Origin: Theionarchaea archaeon
GTDB lineage: Archaea > Methanobacteriota_B > Thermococci > Methanofastidiosales > SZ-28-30
NCBI GenBank assembly: GCA_018992685.1
Contig: JACVGT010000011.1
Location: 178,094-242,093 of the forward strand
Reading direction: 5' to 3'
DNA: 64,000 nucleotides
Within the stretch, counting starts at the first letter, position 1. Every line of letters starts with the position of its first letter. Below, piece after piece: positions 1 to 9,742 of this stretch. The notes below the pieces were generated by a model that was given only the letters and a program-made list of their open reading frames with translations, ran no database searches and was not told the origin of the DNA. Made by a program: the position numbers and the translations under genes.

Positions 1-338
1 GAGTGGATGTAGACGAAGAAAATCACAATCAGCAGTATCACAATGGAGGCAACATCCTGCCATTGAGTGAATTCGAACCCCAGAAAAACAATAATATATG
101 CTATTATGTAGTCCAATGCGTCACTGGTTCTGTTTTTCGATTTTTTGACATTGAATCTCCTAGGATTCCATTTCCTTGCAATCATAAAGACTGGGATCCA
201 GATTGAATTCACAAGTAACAATACAAGAATGGAAATCCAGAAGTTCCTTGATCCCACTTCAAAGTACTTGATAATGAAAATCAACAAGAGAGGTGAGTAT
301 GCACTGACAAACAAGAGACTTCGAACCCAGCCCCTCAT
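1..338 (-). CDS. Membrane protein resembling Kiwa anti-phage KwaA (partial, runs off the left edge; not in ORF track)
   Basis: Manual translation from ATG at 338: MRGWVRSLLFVSAYSPLLLIFIIKYF...KNRTSDALDYIIAYIIVFLGFEF...IFFVYIH(S). Open for 112 codons with about 4 hydrophobic segments; SxYSPL and LxYIxxYI motifs recalled from KwaA-like proteins. Confidence 0.6.
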   Translation of the reverse strand, partial: MRGWVRSLLFVSAYSPLLLIFIIKYFEVGSRNFWISILVLLLVNSIWIPVFMIARKWNPRRFNVKKSKNRTSDALDYIIAYIIVFLGFEFTQWQDVASIVILLIVIFFVYIH

Positions 339-571
339 CTTCCCACCCCTGACAGAGCTCTGTAACCCTTCTCAAGTGATGACTGCCCTTTCCCCTGGCA
401 GCATACTTCAGCACGTTTTGAGATGCGTGGAATCACCACAACCACCGCAGGTTCTTACGTGGTAGAAGTATTTACCCTTTTGGTATGTACTATTTTGTGT
501 AAACCCAGGATTTACCTTTGGGTTTCCAAGGCATCAAAAAGCTTAAGTAGTCTCTCTTTTCTTCTGCACCA

Positions 572-2275
572 ATGTTTGAAATCAGGGCAAAAGATGGACT
601 GGGAAGAATTGGCCGCCTTGAAATACATGGAAAAGTAGTAGAAACTCCAGCACTCATGCCTGTAATCAACCCGAAAAAGGCTGAAATCACCCCCCGTGAA
701 ATACAGGAGAGGTTCAAGGCCCAGATGATTATTACCAATGCATATATTATCTATGAATCCTCCTTGCGGGAAGAAGCTGCATCCAGAGGGGTTCATACAT
801 TGCTGGATTTTGACGGGGTTATTGCCACGGATTCAGGAAGCTTCCAGCTCATGAACTATGGGAATATTACCGTCACCAACCAAGAGATTATCGAATTCCA
901 GCAGGCCATCAAGTCTGATATATCAACCTTCCTGGATATCCCTACAACTCCTACCTGCACTTACGAAAGGGCTCTCACCGATCTGGAGGCTACCCTGGAG
1001 CGAGCTCGGGAAGCACAGAACCTCAAGAAAGGGTTCATGAATGGTACAGTCCAGGGAGGGAGGTTCCTTGATCTGCGGGAGAGGGCCTGTAAAGAACTGG
1101 CCACCATGGACTTTGAGATCCATCCCCTGGGAGCTGTGGTCCCTTTCCTGTTGAAATACTCATTTACGCCCTTGATAGACATTATTCTCACCTGTAAGAA
1201 ACATCTACCAGTTGAGAGGCCTGTCCACTTGTTTGGAGCTGGCCATCCGCTGTTGTTGCCACTGGCGGTTTTGTGTGGATGTGATCTCTTTGATTCAGCA
1301 GCCTACATTCTCTATGCCAAAGGAACCAGGTACCTGACACCATCAGGCACCAAGAATCTGGAAGACCTTGTCTATTTCCCTTGTGAGTGTCCCGAATGCT
1401 CAAGGACCGATCCAGAAACAGTCTCCAGACTTTCCTCCCAGGAGAAAATTGCCTTTCTCACCAGACACAACCTGTATTCCACGTTTGGGGAACTCAAGAG
1501 GATAAAACAGGCCATTCATGAAGGTTCGTTGTGGGAACTCGTAGAATCAAGAATCAGGTCACACCCCAATTTGCTGGAGTCATACCGTGTCATCAAGAAA
1601 TACTCTGACTTTATTGAAACTTATGAGCCGTTCACTAAGCGGAGTGGTTTTTCCTATACGGGGGCAGAAACCCAGTTCAGACCGGTGACAGCCCGGGCCA
1701 GATCCAGGATAGCCCGTATAAGAGGCGAAACCTTTGAACATCCCGTGTTTGGTCAGGTTCCCGTTTCCCTGAGCCAGACCTACCCTTTTCATACTGACGA
1801 GGTAGTCAGTCTGACAGAAAAGGACATGATCAGAGACATTGCAGTATACCAGTTTGGTGTGGAGGCTGCCCCCCTGTTTGAAAAAGCGAAAATCTCCTAT
1901 GGAAGAACGGGAAAAGTACGCCATCTGCACGAAGACGGCTCCCTCCTGGCCACCCTGCGTCCCATGGATGGGCTGTTCGTTTTGACTTTTGAGGGGGCAC
2001 AGAAGCTGCATTCCCTGGTCCCACCTCCCCAAAGACGAGTTGTAGCAGATGAAGAAGCCATCCCCTTTGTGAAGGATGGTAAAGACTTGTTTTCTCGATT
2101 TGTTGTCTCCATGGATGAAACCCTGCGCGCGTACGAAGAAGTGCTCATAACTGATAGGGCAGACATCCTTCTTGGAGTGGGACGGCTGACGATGTCTCCA
2201 CCAGAGGTTCAGGCTTTTAAGAGAGGAGTTGCAGTGTACTGCAGGAGAGGTGCTGATGCCATACGTGATCCTTGA
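572..2275 (+). CDS. tgtA: Archaeosine tRNA-guanine(15) transglycosylase with C-terminal PUA domain
   Basis: ETPALMPV, DSGSFQL, HLFGAGHP and FDSAAY motifs, CECPEC zinc site, C-terminal PUA-like region. Confidence 0.95.
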   Translation: MFEIRAKDGLGRIGRLEIHGKVVETPALMPVINPKKAEITPREIQERFKAQMIITNAYIIYESSLREEAASRGVHTLLDFDGVIATDSGSFQLMNYGNITVTNQEIIEFQQAIKSDISTFLDIPTTPTCTYERALTDLEATLERAREAQNLKKGFMNGTVQGGRFLDLRERACKELATMDFEIHPLGAVVPFLLKYSFTPLIDIILTCKKHLPVERPVHLFGAGHPLLLPLAVLCGCDLFDSAAYILYAKGTRYLTPSGTKNLEDLVYFPCECPECSRTDPETVSRLSSQEKIAFLTRHNLYSTFGELKRIKQAIHEGSLWELVESRIRSHPNLLESYRVIKKYSDFIETYEPFTKRSGFSYTGAETQFRPVTARARSRIARIRGETFEHPVFGQVPVSLSQTYPFHTDEVVSLTEKDMIRDIAVYQFGVEAAPLFEKAKISYGRTGKVRHLHEDGSLLATLRPMDGLFVLTFEGAQKLHSLVPPPQRRVVADEEAIPFVKDGKDLFSRFVVSMDETLRAYEEVLITDRADILLGVGRLTMSPPEVQAFKRGVAVYCRRGADAIRDP

Positions 2276-2906
2276 TTCTCAGACAAAGAAGAGAGAATTG
2301 AAGAAAGTTGCCCCCTCCCTGTACTACTGTACTCCAGATAGGCTGAAACGGTACCCCGCTGCATTGTGTTTCCAGAAGAGAAAAGTCAAAAAATACCGCC
2401 TTCAGCAGAGACAGAAGCATGTGGGTTACATCCTCATGTGGTACAGGATCGAAAATCACGCAGACAAGAACCGTAAAATCGTGCACCGCATGATCGAGAA
2501 ATCGTTGGGATTCCCTGTTGCCCGCTCATTGATCGCCTTCCCCTATATACACTATGAGTCAGATATGCCCTTCCTATCTCCCCAGAGGATTTTCACCCGT
2601 GCCCAGAGCTTGGATATTAATATGTCCAGGGTTGGTGTCCTCACCCCCCTCGGGAAGACTCATGAACGCTTGCGAGAAAGAGCAGAGCACTATATGAGAA
2701 GCAAGTACGAACATCTCATACGACGGGTCTTGAAAGCTCCTCATGACAGGAGGACACGGAGTGAGATTCGCCAGAGCTATAAGAAACTGAAGCACAAGGG
2801 AAGAACATTATCTGCAATTCTAGGAACTGATGTAACAAAGTTGGAGAGAAAGACATATACTATCATCTGGAAGTGGGAAAAAATAGGACAGACACAAAAA
2901 AAATAA
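2256..2906 (+). CDS. Basic hypothetical protein, possible ChrB/PaaX-like ferredoxin-fold domain
   Basis: Long ORF overlapping the tgtA end; ATG 2256 follows GAGGTG; very K/R-rich; fold guess is weak. Confidence 0.6.
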   Translation: MPYVILDSQTKKRELKKVAPSLYYCTPDRLKRYPAALCFQKRKVKKYRLQQRQKHVGYILMWYRIENHADKNRKIVHRMIEKSLGFPVARSLIAFPYIHYESDMPFLSPQRIFTRAQSLDINMSRVGVLTPLGKTHERLRERAEHYMRSKYEHLIRRVLKAPHDRRTRSEIRQSYKKLKHKGRTLSAILGTDVTKLERKTYTIIWKWEKIGQTQKK

Positions 2907-3048
2907 ATGGAAAATTTTTGAGATTTTTATTTGCAAATGTGATATAAATCGGCGATCTGAAACTTATTTTTTATTAAAATCGATGAAGCTGCCTGTCCTG
3001 TTGATTTATTCTTTTTTTATGCAATATTTGAAGTTTTGCGAGTGCAGC

Positions 3049-3067
3049 GAAAAGATTTTATAAACGG
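3049..3067 (+). promoter_or_regulatory. BRE/TATA promoter of LysW-like copy 1
   Basis: GAAAAGATTTTATAAACGG, identical to 3653-3671. Confidence 0.7.
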
Positions 3068-3095
3068 TAAAAGATCAAGGCGGGAGGTGATACAC

Positions 3096-3269
3096 ATGAT
3101 ACTGGAATGCCCCATCTGTGATGCAACGATCACAATAAACAATCCCAAGGAAGGAGCCATTGTGGTATGCGAGGAATGTGATACAGAGTTCGAGCTTGTT
3201 CAGTTCGATGATGAATGGGATCTCTTGGAAGTTGGAGAAGAAGACTGGGAAGAGGAAGAGGATTTCTGA
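3096..3269 (+). CDS. LysW-like zinc-ribbon acidic protein, copy 1 (57 aa)
   Basis: CPIC...CEEC zinc ribbon, acidic tail EEDWEEEEDF, SD GGAGGTGA upstream. Confidence 0.8.
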   Translation: MILECPICDATITINNPKEGAIVVCEECDTEFELVQFDDEWDLLEVGEEDWEEEEDF

Positions 3270-3652
3270 TTTATCTTCCTTGACTTTTTTTATTTTCATG
3301 CATGGAGTTAGCTTCAAATCATTGCTTCTTAATTTTTGAATATCCTGATGAGTACAGACTTCTCAAGAAGACACGAATTGCTGAGTGGATTCTTGTGGGA
3401 AGACTATGAGACGCTCTCTGTGAACTCTGTGTCTTGTGAATGCGGGCAGGGCGCACGCTGATGCTGTGAAAGCTTTTGATGGAATAATAGGACAGACACC
3501 GGGTAACTTAGAATGACGAGAAAGAGGAGATTATGAGGTAGCTCCATATTGAGTGACATTCTGTAATTTATTTTTTCATTTTTATTATCCATGGTGCCGA
3601 TAAGAAGGGTTAAATCCATCTTTTGACGTGTAACACCACGAGGAAATCAATA

Positions 3653-3671
3653 GAAAAGATTTTATAAACGG
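3653..3671 (+). promoter_or_regulatory. BRE/TATA promoter of LysW-like copy 2
   Basis: Identical 19-mer to 3049-3067. Confidence 0.7.
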
Positions 3672-3699
3672 GCTAATCAACGCCACCGAGGTGTTCTAC

Positions 3700-3873
3700 A
3701 TGATGTTGGAGTGTCCAATTTGTGACGCCGCTATCAACGTGAAGAATCCACAAGAAGGAGATATCGTTACCTGCAAGGAATGCGATACAGAGTTCGAGCT
3801 TGTTCAGTTCGATGATGAATGGGATCTCTTAGAAGTGGGAGAGGAAGACTGGGAAGAGGATAAAGATCTCTAA
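3700..3873 (+). CDS. LysW-like zinc-ribbon acidic protein, copy 2 (57 aa)
   Basis: CPIC...CKEC, tail EEDWEEDKDL, GAGGTG SD; paralog of 3096-3269. Confidence 0.8.
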   Translation: MMLECPICDAAINVKNPQEGDIVTCKECDTEFELVQFDDEWDLLEVGEEDWEEDKDL

Positions 3874-3967
3874 TCTGTCTTCCTTCTTTTATTTTTGTTC
3901 TTCTATCGAGAAAGGATTGCCCAGGCTGGAGGTCAGTGTCAATTGCATCTGGCTGAAAAGCAGATGA

Positions 3968-5314
3968 TCATGCCATTCTTCTTCTGTACAGTGCTGCAAT
4001 TATCAAAGTTATTGAAAGTCCTGCTATTCCAGCTATCCAGTATGGATTGATCCATTCTCTGCCTTTTTCTGGTGAGGATACTTTTGTCGGAACAGGAGAC
4101 ACAGAAGAAGGGGTGATTTCTCGTGGGGAAGAAGATTCAGGAGGTTCAGGGCTGGGCGTGTCAGGAGGTACGTAGCCAGGCACACCATAACAGTGGACAA
4201 TCCCATCCACCGATCCGATGTAGAGGGCACCTCCTGCAATTGCAGGGGAAGATTCGGCAATTTCTCCTGTTTCCATAAGCCAAACTAGCTCACCGGTCTC
4301 CCCTTCAAGACAATATACGTATCCATCATGAGACCCGATGTATACCTTCCCATCGACTGCAGCAGGAGATGAGTCGATATCGTCGCCTGTTTCATAGGAC
4401 CACACTAGCTCGCCACTATCACTATCGAGACAATATACAAAGTTATCCCCTGATCCAATATACACGTTCCCATTCATTACCGCGGGTGAGGAATACACAA
4501 TTTCCTCTCCAGTATCAAACACCCAGACCAATTCCCCGGTATATGCATCAAAACAATAGAAATAGGAGTCACAGCAAGGATACACATACGAGCCAAAATA
4601 TACTTTACTTCCGTAGACTGTGGGAGAGGAACGCACTCTGACATAGTGTTCTCCCATTGAGTAAGACCAGAGAAGCTGGCCTGTATCTGCTGAGAGGCAA
4701 TAGACGATAGTGTCTCGAGCACCTACAAAAACTCTTCCATCATAAACAGCAGGAGAGGAAGCGATCCATACTCCCGTCTCATAGGCCCAGAGGACTTCTC
4801 CCGTATCTGCTGAAAGGCAATATACCTTTGTATCCCCAGACCCTACGTATACTTCTCCTTCCACTACAACAGGTGAAGTCCACACTGCCTGACCAGTTCT
4901 GTATGTCCAGACTGCCTCTCCTGTCTTCGCATCAAGACAGTACACCGAATGGTCATTCGACCCAATGTACACCTTTCCATTGCTCACAGCAGGAGAAGAT
5001 ACCACTTCACCTTCTGTCTGGTATGTCCAGACTGCCTCTCCTGTCTTCGCATCAAGACAGTACACCGAATGGTCATTCGACCCAATGTACACCTTTCCAT
5101 TGCTCACAGCAGGAGAAGATGCCACAGCACCGCCCGTTTGATACGTCCACAGCTCCTCCAATTTGTCAGGCAGGCTACACTGAGAATATCCTGTGTGTAC
5201 AGCATTCAACCTGAACATGGGCCAATCACAGAATGTCTGAGACATGCACCATGAACTGGCATATCCAGCACACAATACCAGTACCAGGACACTGACTCCG
5301 CATTTCCATTTCAT
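3968..5314 (-). CDS. PQQ-like/BamB-type beta-propeller surface protein
   Basis: Signal peptide, WPMFR..N..HTG motif, about 8 repeats of SSPAVxxGxVYIGSxDxxVYCLD, Pro/Ser linker, C-terminal TM with basic tail. Confidence 0.9.
   Translation of the reverse strand: MKWKCGVSVLVLVLCAGYASSWCMSQTFCDWPMFRLNAVHTGYSQCSLPDKLEELWTYQTGGAVASSPAVSNGKVYIGSNDHSVYCLDAKTGEAVWTYQTEGEVVSSPAVSNGKVYIGSNDHSVYCLDAKTGEAVWTYRTGQAVWTSPVVVEGEVYVGSGDTKVYCLSADTGEVLWAYETGVWIASSPAVYDGRVFVGARDTIVYCLSADTGQLLWSYSMGEHYVRVRSSPTVYGSKVYFGSYVYPCCDSYFYCFDAYTGELVWVFDTGEEIVYSSPAVMNGNVYIGSGDNFVYCLDSDSGELVWSYETGDDIDSSPAAVDGKVYIGSHDGYVYCLEGETGELVWLMETGEIAESSPAIAGGALYIGSVDGIVHCYGVPGYVPPDTPSPEPPESSSPREITPSSVSPVPTKVSSPEKGREWINPYWIAGIAGLSITLIIAALYRRRMA
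4901..5120. repeat. Perfect 100-bp direct repeat with 120-bp period inside the beta-propeller gene
   Basis: 4901-5000 is identical to 5021-5120. Confidence 0.95.
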
Positions 5315-5723
5315 AGTATCGCCTTCTGTCTGCTGATAGATGGCATAATTTGGGCTCTATTTAAACCTTTTGTGGGGTCAGTGCAATGGGAAGATCGTGA
5401 GCATAGGTCATCAATTCAGGCTGCCCAGGGTTACCCCAGTGTTCTATCATTGCTGGTCCTCCCGATTTTTCAGTTGACGGTGGATAATTCCATTTCGATT
5501 AGTTTCAAACAGCAGGAAAACTCAGAGTCCTGGATTGTTGATTGTACTCTTGAACTGGAACCTACCATTCTTCGAGGCAGGAAGACCTCCGTCTCTTGTG
5601 TATCCACCGAGTCTCAGATGTTTAAAAGAACGTATGAAGAGGGAAATTGACTCTCTTGAGTCTAGGAAGGGCAGAAAGCATGCTTCGTTGAGTGCATCTG
5701 TCCAGAATACCTGCACACAATGA

Positions 5724-6791
5724 CTATTCCTTCCTTTCTGTGCGCACGTTGTAGACGATCCACCACACTCCACATGAGAGAGCTATTGATAACACTATCG
5801 ACGTGATTAGTGCCCTCTCCACGAAGGCATATGGGTTCTCCGCGTACGATACGTGGAATATCACCTTCTGGATCAGGGAACCGGTCCTCATCACGTACTC
5901 TTCATGAACGATTCTGTCCTGTTCAGAATGAATGTGGGGATACAACCTGTTGGTCGATCTTGTAATGCCTGCAGCTGGTATTCCTTTTCTGTTGAAAGGG
6001 ACATGATCACTAAATAGAGGGCCAATAGAGGGGGTTCCCTCATCTGATAGTCCATATATGAGCTGTGCAAGCCAGAATGAGGCAAACCTGTGAGATCTCA
6101 AGCAGGAAATGTGAAGATCTTCCCCTACACCCACTGTATCAACGCAGATTACGCCTTTCAGATTCGTCTGAAGAGCATCTGCCATGTCGGTGGACTCTGT
6201 CAATCCCTTTTCTTCGCCCGTAAAGAAGGTGATCATGAGCGTGTTCTTGGGAGATTCAGGGATATCCAATTCCAGCAGGATAGCCACTCCTGAAGCATTG
6301 TCATCTGCACCCGGGGAGTCCTCCACCGTGTCAAAGTGAGCACAGAAGAGAAAGGATTCCTCTTTTTCTCCCTGGATTGTGGCTGTGACGTTTGTGTGGT
6401 ATTCTGGTGATAATCCCTTCTGGTGTAATATTCTTTCAATGTAGGAAGCAGCCTCCTCTTCTTTTTCACTGGAGTAGGGCCTGGGGCCAACAGCTGTGGA
6501 AAGATAATCTACGTGGATGAGCGGATCCCCTGTGTACGACAAACTGTAGTCAGGTGCAAACCATGAGGTTAGAGGGGAGATGGTCAGAAAGAAGAAGACA
6601 AATGAAAAAGTTGTTACAAACAAGAGAGATTCAGTCCATTTCTTATGTGCAACAACGTTGAAAAACCACAGTAAAACCAGAAAGAGTATCAGTTCATGGA
6701 CCATATAGATGTAATATGGGAAGGGATACCCAACAACAAGTGAGGAGACAATGGTGGCCAGCAACACTGAGAGGGCTAAGAAAGGTTTCAC
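5724..6791 (-). CDS. Membrane-anchored M28 family metallopeptidase
   Basis: AHFDTV, GADDNASG, FTGEEKG and SDH motifs; N- and C-terminal TM helices. Confidence 0.88.
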   Translation of the reverse strand: MKPFLALSVLLATIVSSLVVGYPFPYYIYMVHELILFLVLLWFFNVVAHKKWTESLLFVTTFSFVFFFLTISPLTSWFAPDYSLSYTGDPLIHVDYLSTAVGPRPYSSEKEEEAASYIERILHQKGLSPEYHTNVTATIQGEKEESFLFCAHFDTVEDSPGADDNASGVAILLELDIPESPKNTLMITFFTGEEKGLTESTDMADALQTNLKGVICVDTVGVGEDLHISCLRSHRFASFWLAQLIYGLSDEGTPSIGPLFSDHVPFNRKGIPAAGITRSTNRLYPHIHSEQDRIVHEEYVMRTGSLIQKVIFHVSYAENPYAFVERALITSIVLSIALSCGVWWIVYNVRTERKE

Positions 6792-7041
6792 AAGAGGAAA
6801 TTGAGGAGATACCTTTTATGGCTTGCGCCCTTGGATTCTCGTCTGCCGGTACATGGTGGATACTTTCGCAAGATGCTTCCTCTCTTACTCGATTCGGGGC
6901 ACTGGTTCCTGAAACTGACATCCTGAAGGTTCCTATCCTATCTGCTCGACCGTCACGCCACAAGAAAGTCTCGACACCGTAAGAAGCCTATTATCTCAGG
7001 GACCCTGTTTCTTGTGGAAACTGCGTAGACTTGAGATGGAT

Positions 7042-7944
7042 TCAGGTCAAAAACAGGAGCAGTACTGTCAGTGAACCGATGCTGGCTATGGTAGATGTCA
7101 GAACTGCACTGGAAACAAATCCGGGTTCTGCATCGAATTCAATGGCAATCAAGACAGAATTAATGGCCGTAGGCATGGAACATTCAACAATCAAGATACT
7201 CCGCAATACACCCTCTATTCCCATTAAACTGGTGAGAGCAACGCCGATAAGAGGAGATAGCCCCAATCGCAAGATATTAACCAGTAAGAGTGATTTGAAA
7301 TCTTTGTTCATATGCGTATTGCAGAGTTGAATACCCAGAAGCACCATGCACACGGGGATGGCGGCAGATCCCAGGAGGCCGACTGATTTTCCCACGAAAG
7401 AGGGAACTTCTACATGGAGTGAGCTGATGAGAGATGCTATTACTACTGCATATATGAGTGGGATTTTGAATACGTTCAGAAAGGACTCCTTGAAGCTGGA
7501 CTTACCCCTAGATGCGATGTACACGGCAAGCGTGTACATGATGATTGATCCATACATCATGTAGGCCAGCGCACTGATTGTTCCTTCTTCACCAAAGGCA
7601 AAGGTGCACAAGGGGACGCCATAGTTGCCTGAGTTGGTAAAGAGGACTGACAGGAGGAATGCACTCTCTACAGTCTTCTCCAGATTGAGAAGTCTACAGG
7701 CTGTGAGGGATATGATGTAGAGGATTCCCGTAAACCCCACCACGAAGACTCCAATAACTGCTAGGCTGCCCAGGACATCTCTGTCTATGAACGTAGTGAA
7801 GACTAGCGAAGGAAGGAGGATATAGATACTGAGGTGGGCTATGGAACGTGTGTCCGGGTTCTTGGTCTTACCCAGCAGGACACCAATCCCAAATATAAGG
7901 AATATGGGGAAGAGTACGTCCATGAGCACCTGGATGAGGTCCAT
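7042..7944 (-). CDS. AEC (auxin efflux carrier) family transporter
   Basis: About 10 TM helices, NSGNYGVP and MPTA motifs. Confidence 0.88.
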   Translation of the reverse strand: MDLIQVLMDVLFPIFLIFGIGVLLGKTKNPDTRSIAHLSIYILLPSLVFTTFIDRDVLGSLAVIGVFVVGFTGILYIISLTACRLLNLEKTVESAFLLSVLFTNSGNYGVPLCTFAFGEEGTISALAYMMYGSIIMYTLAVYIASRGKSSFKESFLNVFKIPLIYAVVIASLISSLHVEVPSFVGKSVGLLGSAAIPVCMVLLGIQLCNTHMNKDFKSLLLVNILRLGLSPLIGVALTSLMGIEGVLRSILIVECSMPTAINSVLIAIEFDAEPGFVSSAVLTSTIASIGSLTVLLLFLT

Positions 7945-8488
7945 GGGTAGGCGTTGTGATGGGTCTTAAAAAGATTGTGGGTATTCACTCCATCTTGCAT
8001 GGTAAAGGACTGAGTCGTACCATCCGTATAATCAGAAATCAGGGAACGACAAACGGTAGTAGCGAATGGATCAGTCTTTACAAACAGCAAGTTGAAGTCA
8101 GAGATCCGTACGTATGCGTCCGGACATGAATCTTCATTTTATGTCCTTTTATTTTTTATTATCATTTCCATTATTCTTAAAAAGAAATTTTCATCATCAT
8201 TCTAAATGTCGTGTGCGGTTTTTTTATTAATTATCCACCGACTTTGAAATCGGGTCGCGAAATTCGCAGAGTCCGCAAGCTTTATAAAGAATGGAGCCCT
8301 CTACTTATTATAACTGGAAGGTACTGGTTGGAAGGGTAAATCCCCCCGAGGCTCAACAAACCATTGCCCCCATAACCTTCTTCTCAAACACTGAGGCCTC
8401 TCAGCGGAGAGCCCATATTCCAACTCTCCTTCCGACTTCTGCTTTTCACGAGATACTCTCTCTGCTGGTGGGTAGAAGGTCATGATCC

Positions 8489-8983
8489 TCATTCTCCATC
8501 AAAGGTGAACAGATCCACGATCCTCCTGGCAGGCTCAAATGCTTTGCAAAATCGTCTCAGACCTGGTACTGCTTCAATCTGTCCCCTTTCATCCCTGTAG
8601 GCATGCAGTCCATCAGGGAATACCAGGTCTCTGCGATCCTTATTGGCGAATGCTACAATGACACTGACAATATACACTGTATTCTCCTGGGGATCGGGAA
8701 GGTTCACCGTTTTATCATAAGATATATCAGTGATATCCACACCGTCAACAGTTTCGGAACGCCTCTCAGTTTCTTTCACTCGCGCCACCTTTCCACTTCG
8801 TGGAATTATGATATCCTTTTCACCCTGTCGGATGACCACATCATGAGGGGTTAAATTTATGAGGACGGGTTTTTTCTTTTCAAAAAGGCTCTTGACTTTC
8901 TGAAAGACCTTTGAAAAAAGGTTGAAAGCCTGCTTTGTGCTATCTGAAAACAAATCCCAACTCATGACGAGATGTTCTTCCAT
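8489..8983 (-). CDS. NLTPH-motif protein, possible Crn4-like cyclic-oligoadenylate ring nuclease
   Basis: LINLTPHDV...IPRSGKVARV...LPDPQENTVYIVS...RRDLVFPD...RDERGQI pattern; family recalled from memory. Confidence 0.5.
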   Translation of the reverse strand: MEEHLVMSWDLFSDSTKQAFNLFSKVFQKVKSLFEKKKPVLINLTPHDVVIRQGEKDIIIPRSGKVARVKETERRSETVDGVDITDISYDKTVNLPDPQENTVYIVSVIVAFANKDRRDLVFPDGLHAYRDERGQIEAVPGLRRFCKAFEPARRIVDLFTFDGE

Positions 8984-9102
8984 GACATCTTAAAGGTTTC
9001 CCACCGTCCTTTCTCCCTCCTGACAAGGGGTTCACATCCCCTCTCACCGACCTGAAGTGGATCAGCACCCAACCCTTTTATGTGACGACTCAAACACTGA
9101 TC

Positions 9103-9645
9103 ATGCTCACGCAAGAACAAGGCCAGTACCTGGTAAATCTAGCCAGGAAAAATATTGCTCACTTTCTCAAGACTGGAACAGCACTTCCTATCAACGGCTT
9201 TCCCACCATTCTCAACGAGAAAAGAGGTGTATTCGTCACTCTCAAGAAGAACGAGCATCTCAGGGGCTGCATCGGGTATCCAGAGCCTGTCTACCCTTTA
9301 ATCGAGGCACTCTTGGATTCTTCGATTTCTGCAGCGGTGAGAGATCCCCGGTTTCCACCTGTTACCGCCTCTGAAATGGAGACTGTTACTGTGGAGGTTA
9401 CTGTCCTGACAGAACCGACCCCCATCAAGCCAGATCCTGCCAACGTCACTATTGGAAAGGACGGTCTCATGATAGAACAGGGTATGTTCAAGGGCATCCT
9501 TCTCCCCCAGGTACCCGTGGAATGGGAGTGGGATTCTGAAGAATTCCTTTGCCAGGCGTGTATCAAGGCAGGACTCCCTCCAGATTGTTGGCTGGACAAG
9601 AAAACTGTCGTCTACGCATTCCAGGGTCAGATCTTCTCTGAGTGA
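9103..9645 (+). CDS. AMMECR1-domain protein (AmmeMemoRadiSam protein A type)
   Basis: RGVFVTL, LRGCIG, DPRFPP and LLPQV motifs. Confidence 0.92.
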   Translation: MLTQEQGQYLVNLARKNIAHFLKTGTALPINGFPTILNEKRGVFVTLKKNEHLRGCIGYPEPVYPLIEALLDSSISAAVRDPRFPPVTASEMETVTVEVTVLTEPTPIKPDPANVTIGKDGLMIEQGMFKGILLPQVPVEWEWDSEEFLCQACIKAGLPPDCWLDKKTVVYAFQGQIFSE

Positions 9646-9742
9646 GAGTTCATATTTTCCGGAAAGCGTAGGCTTTGCATGCTTTTCTTACATTACCCAA
9701 AGTGAAGAGAAACCTTTATATACAGGGATACCCAACGTACAT

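Noticed and set aside
3-638. Plus-strand ORFs 3-206, 145-465 and 423-638
   Set aside because: Shadows of the minus-strand KwaA-like gene and the tgtA start; no recognisable motifs
4901-5120. Repeat pair as a diversity-generating retroelement TR/VR
   Set aside because: Copies are identical, in-frame and tandem, with no adenine-specific mismatches and no reverse transcriptase in the window
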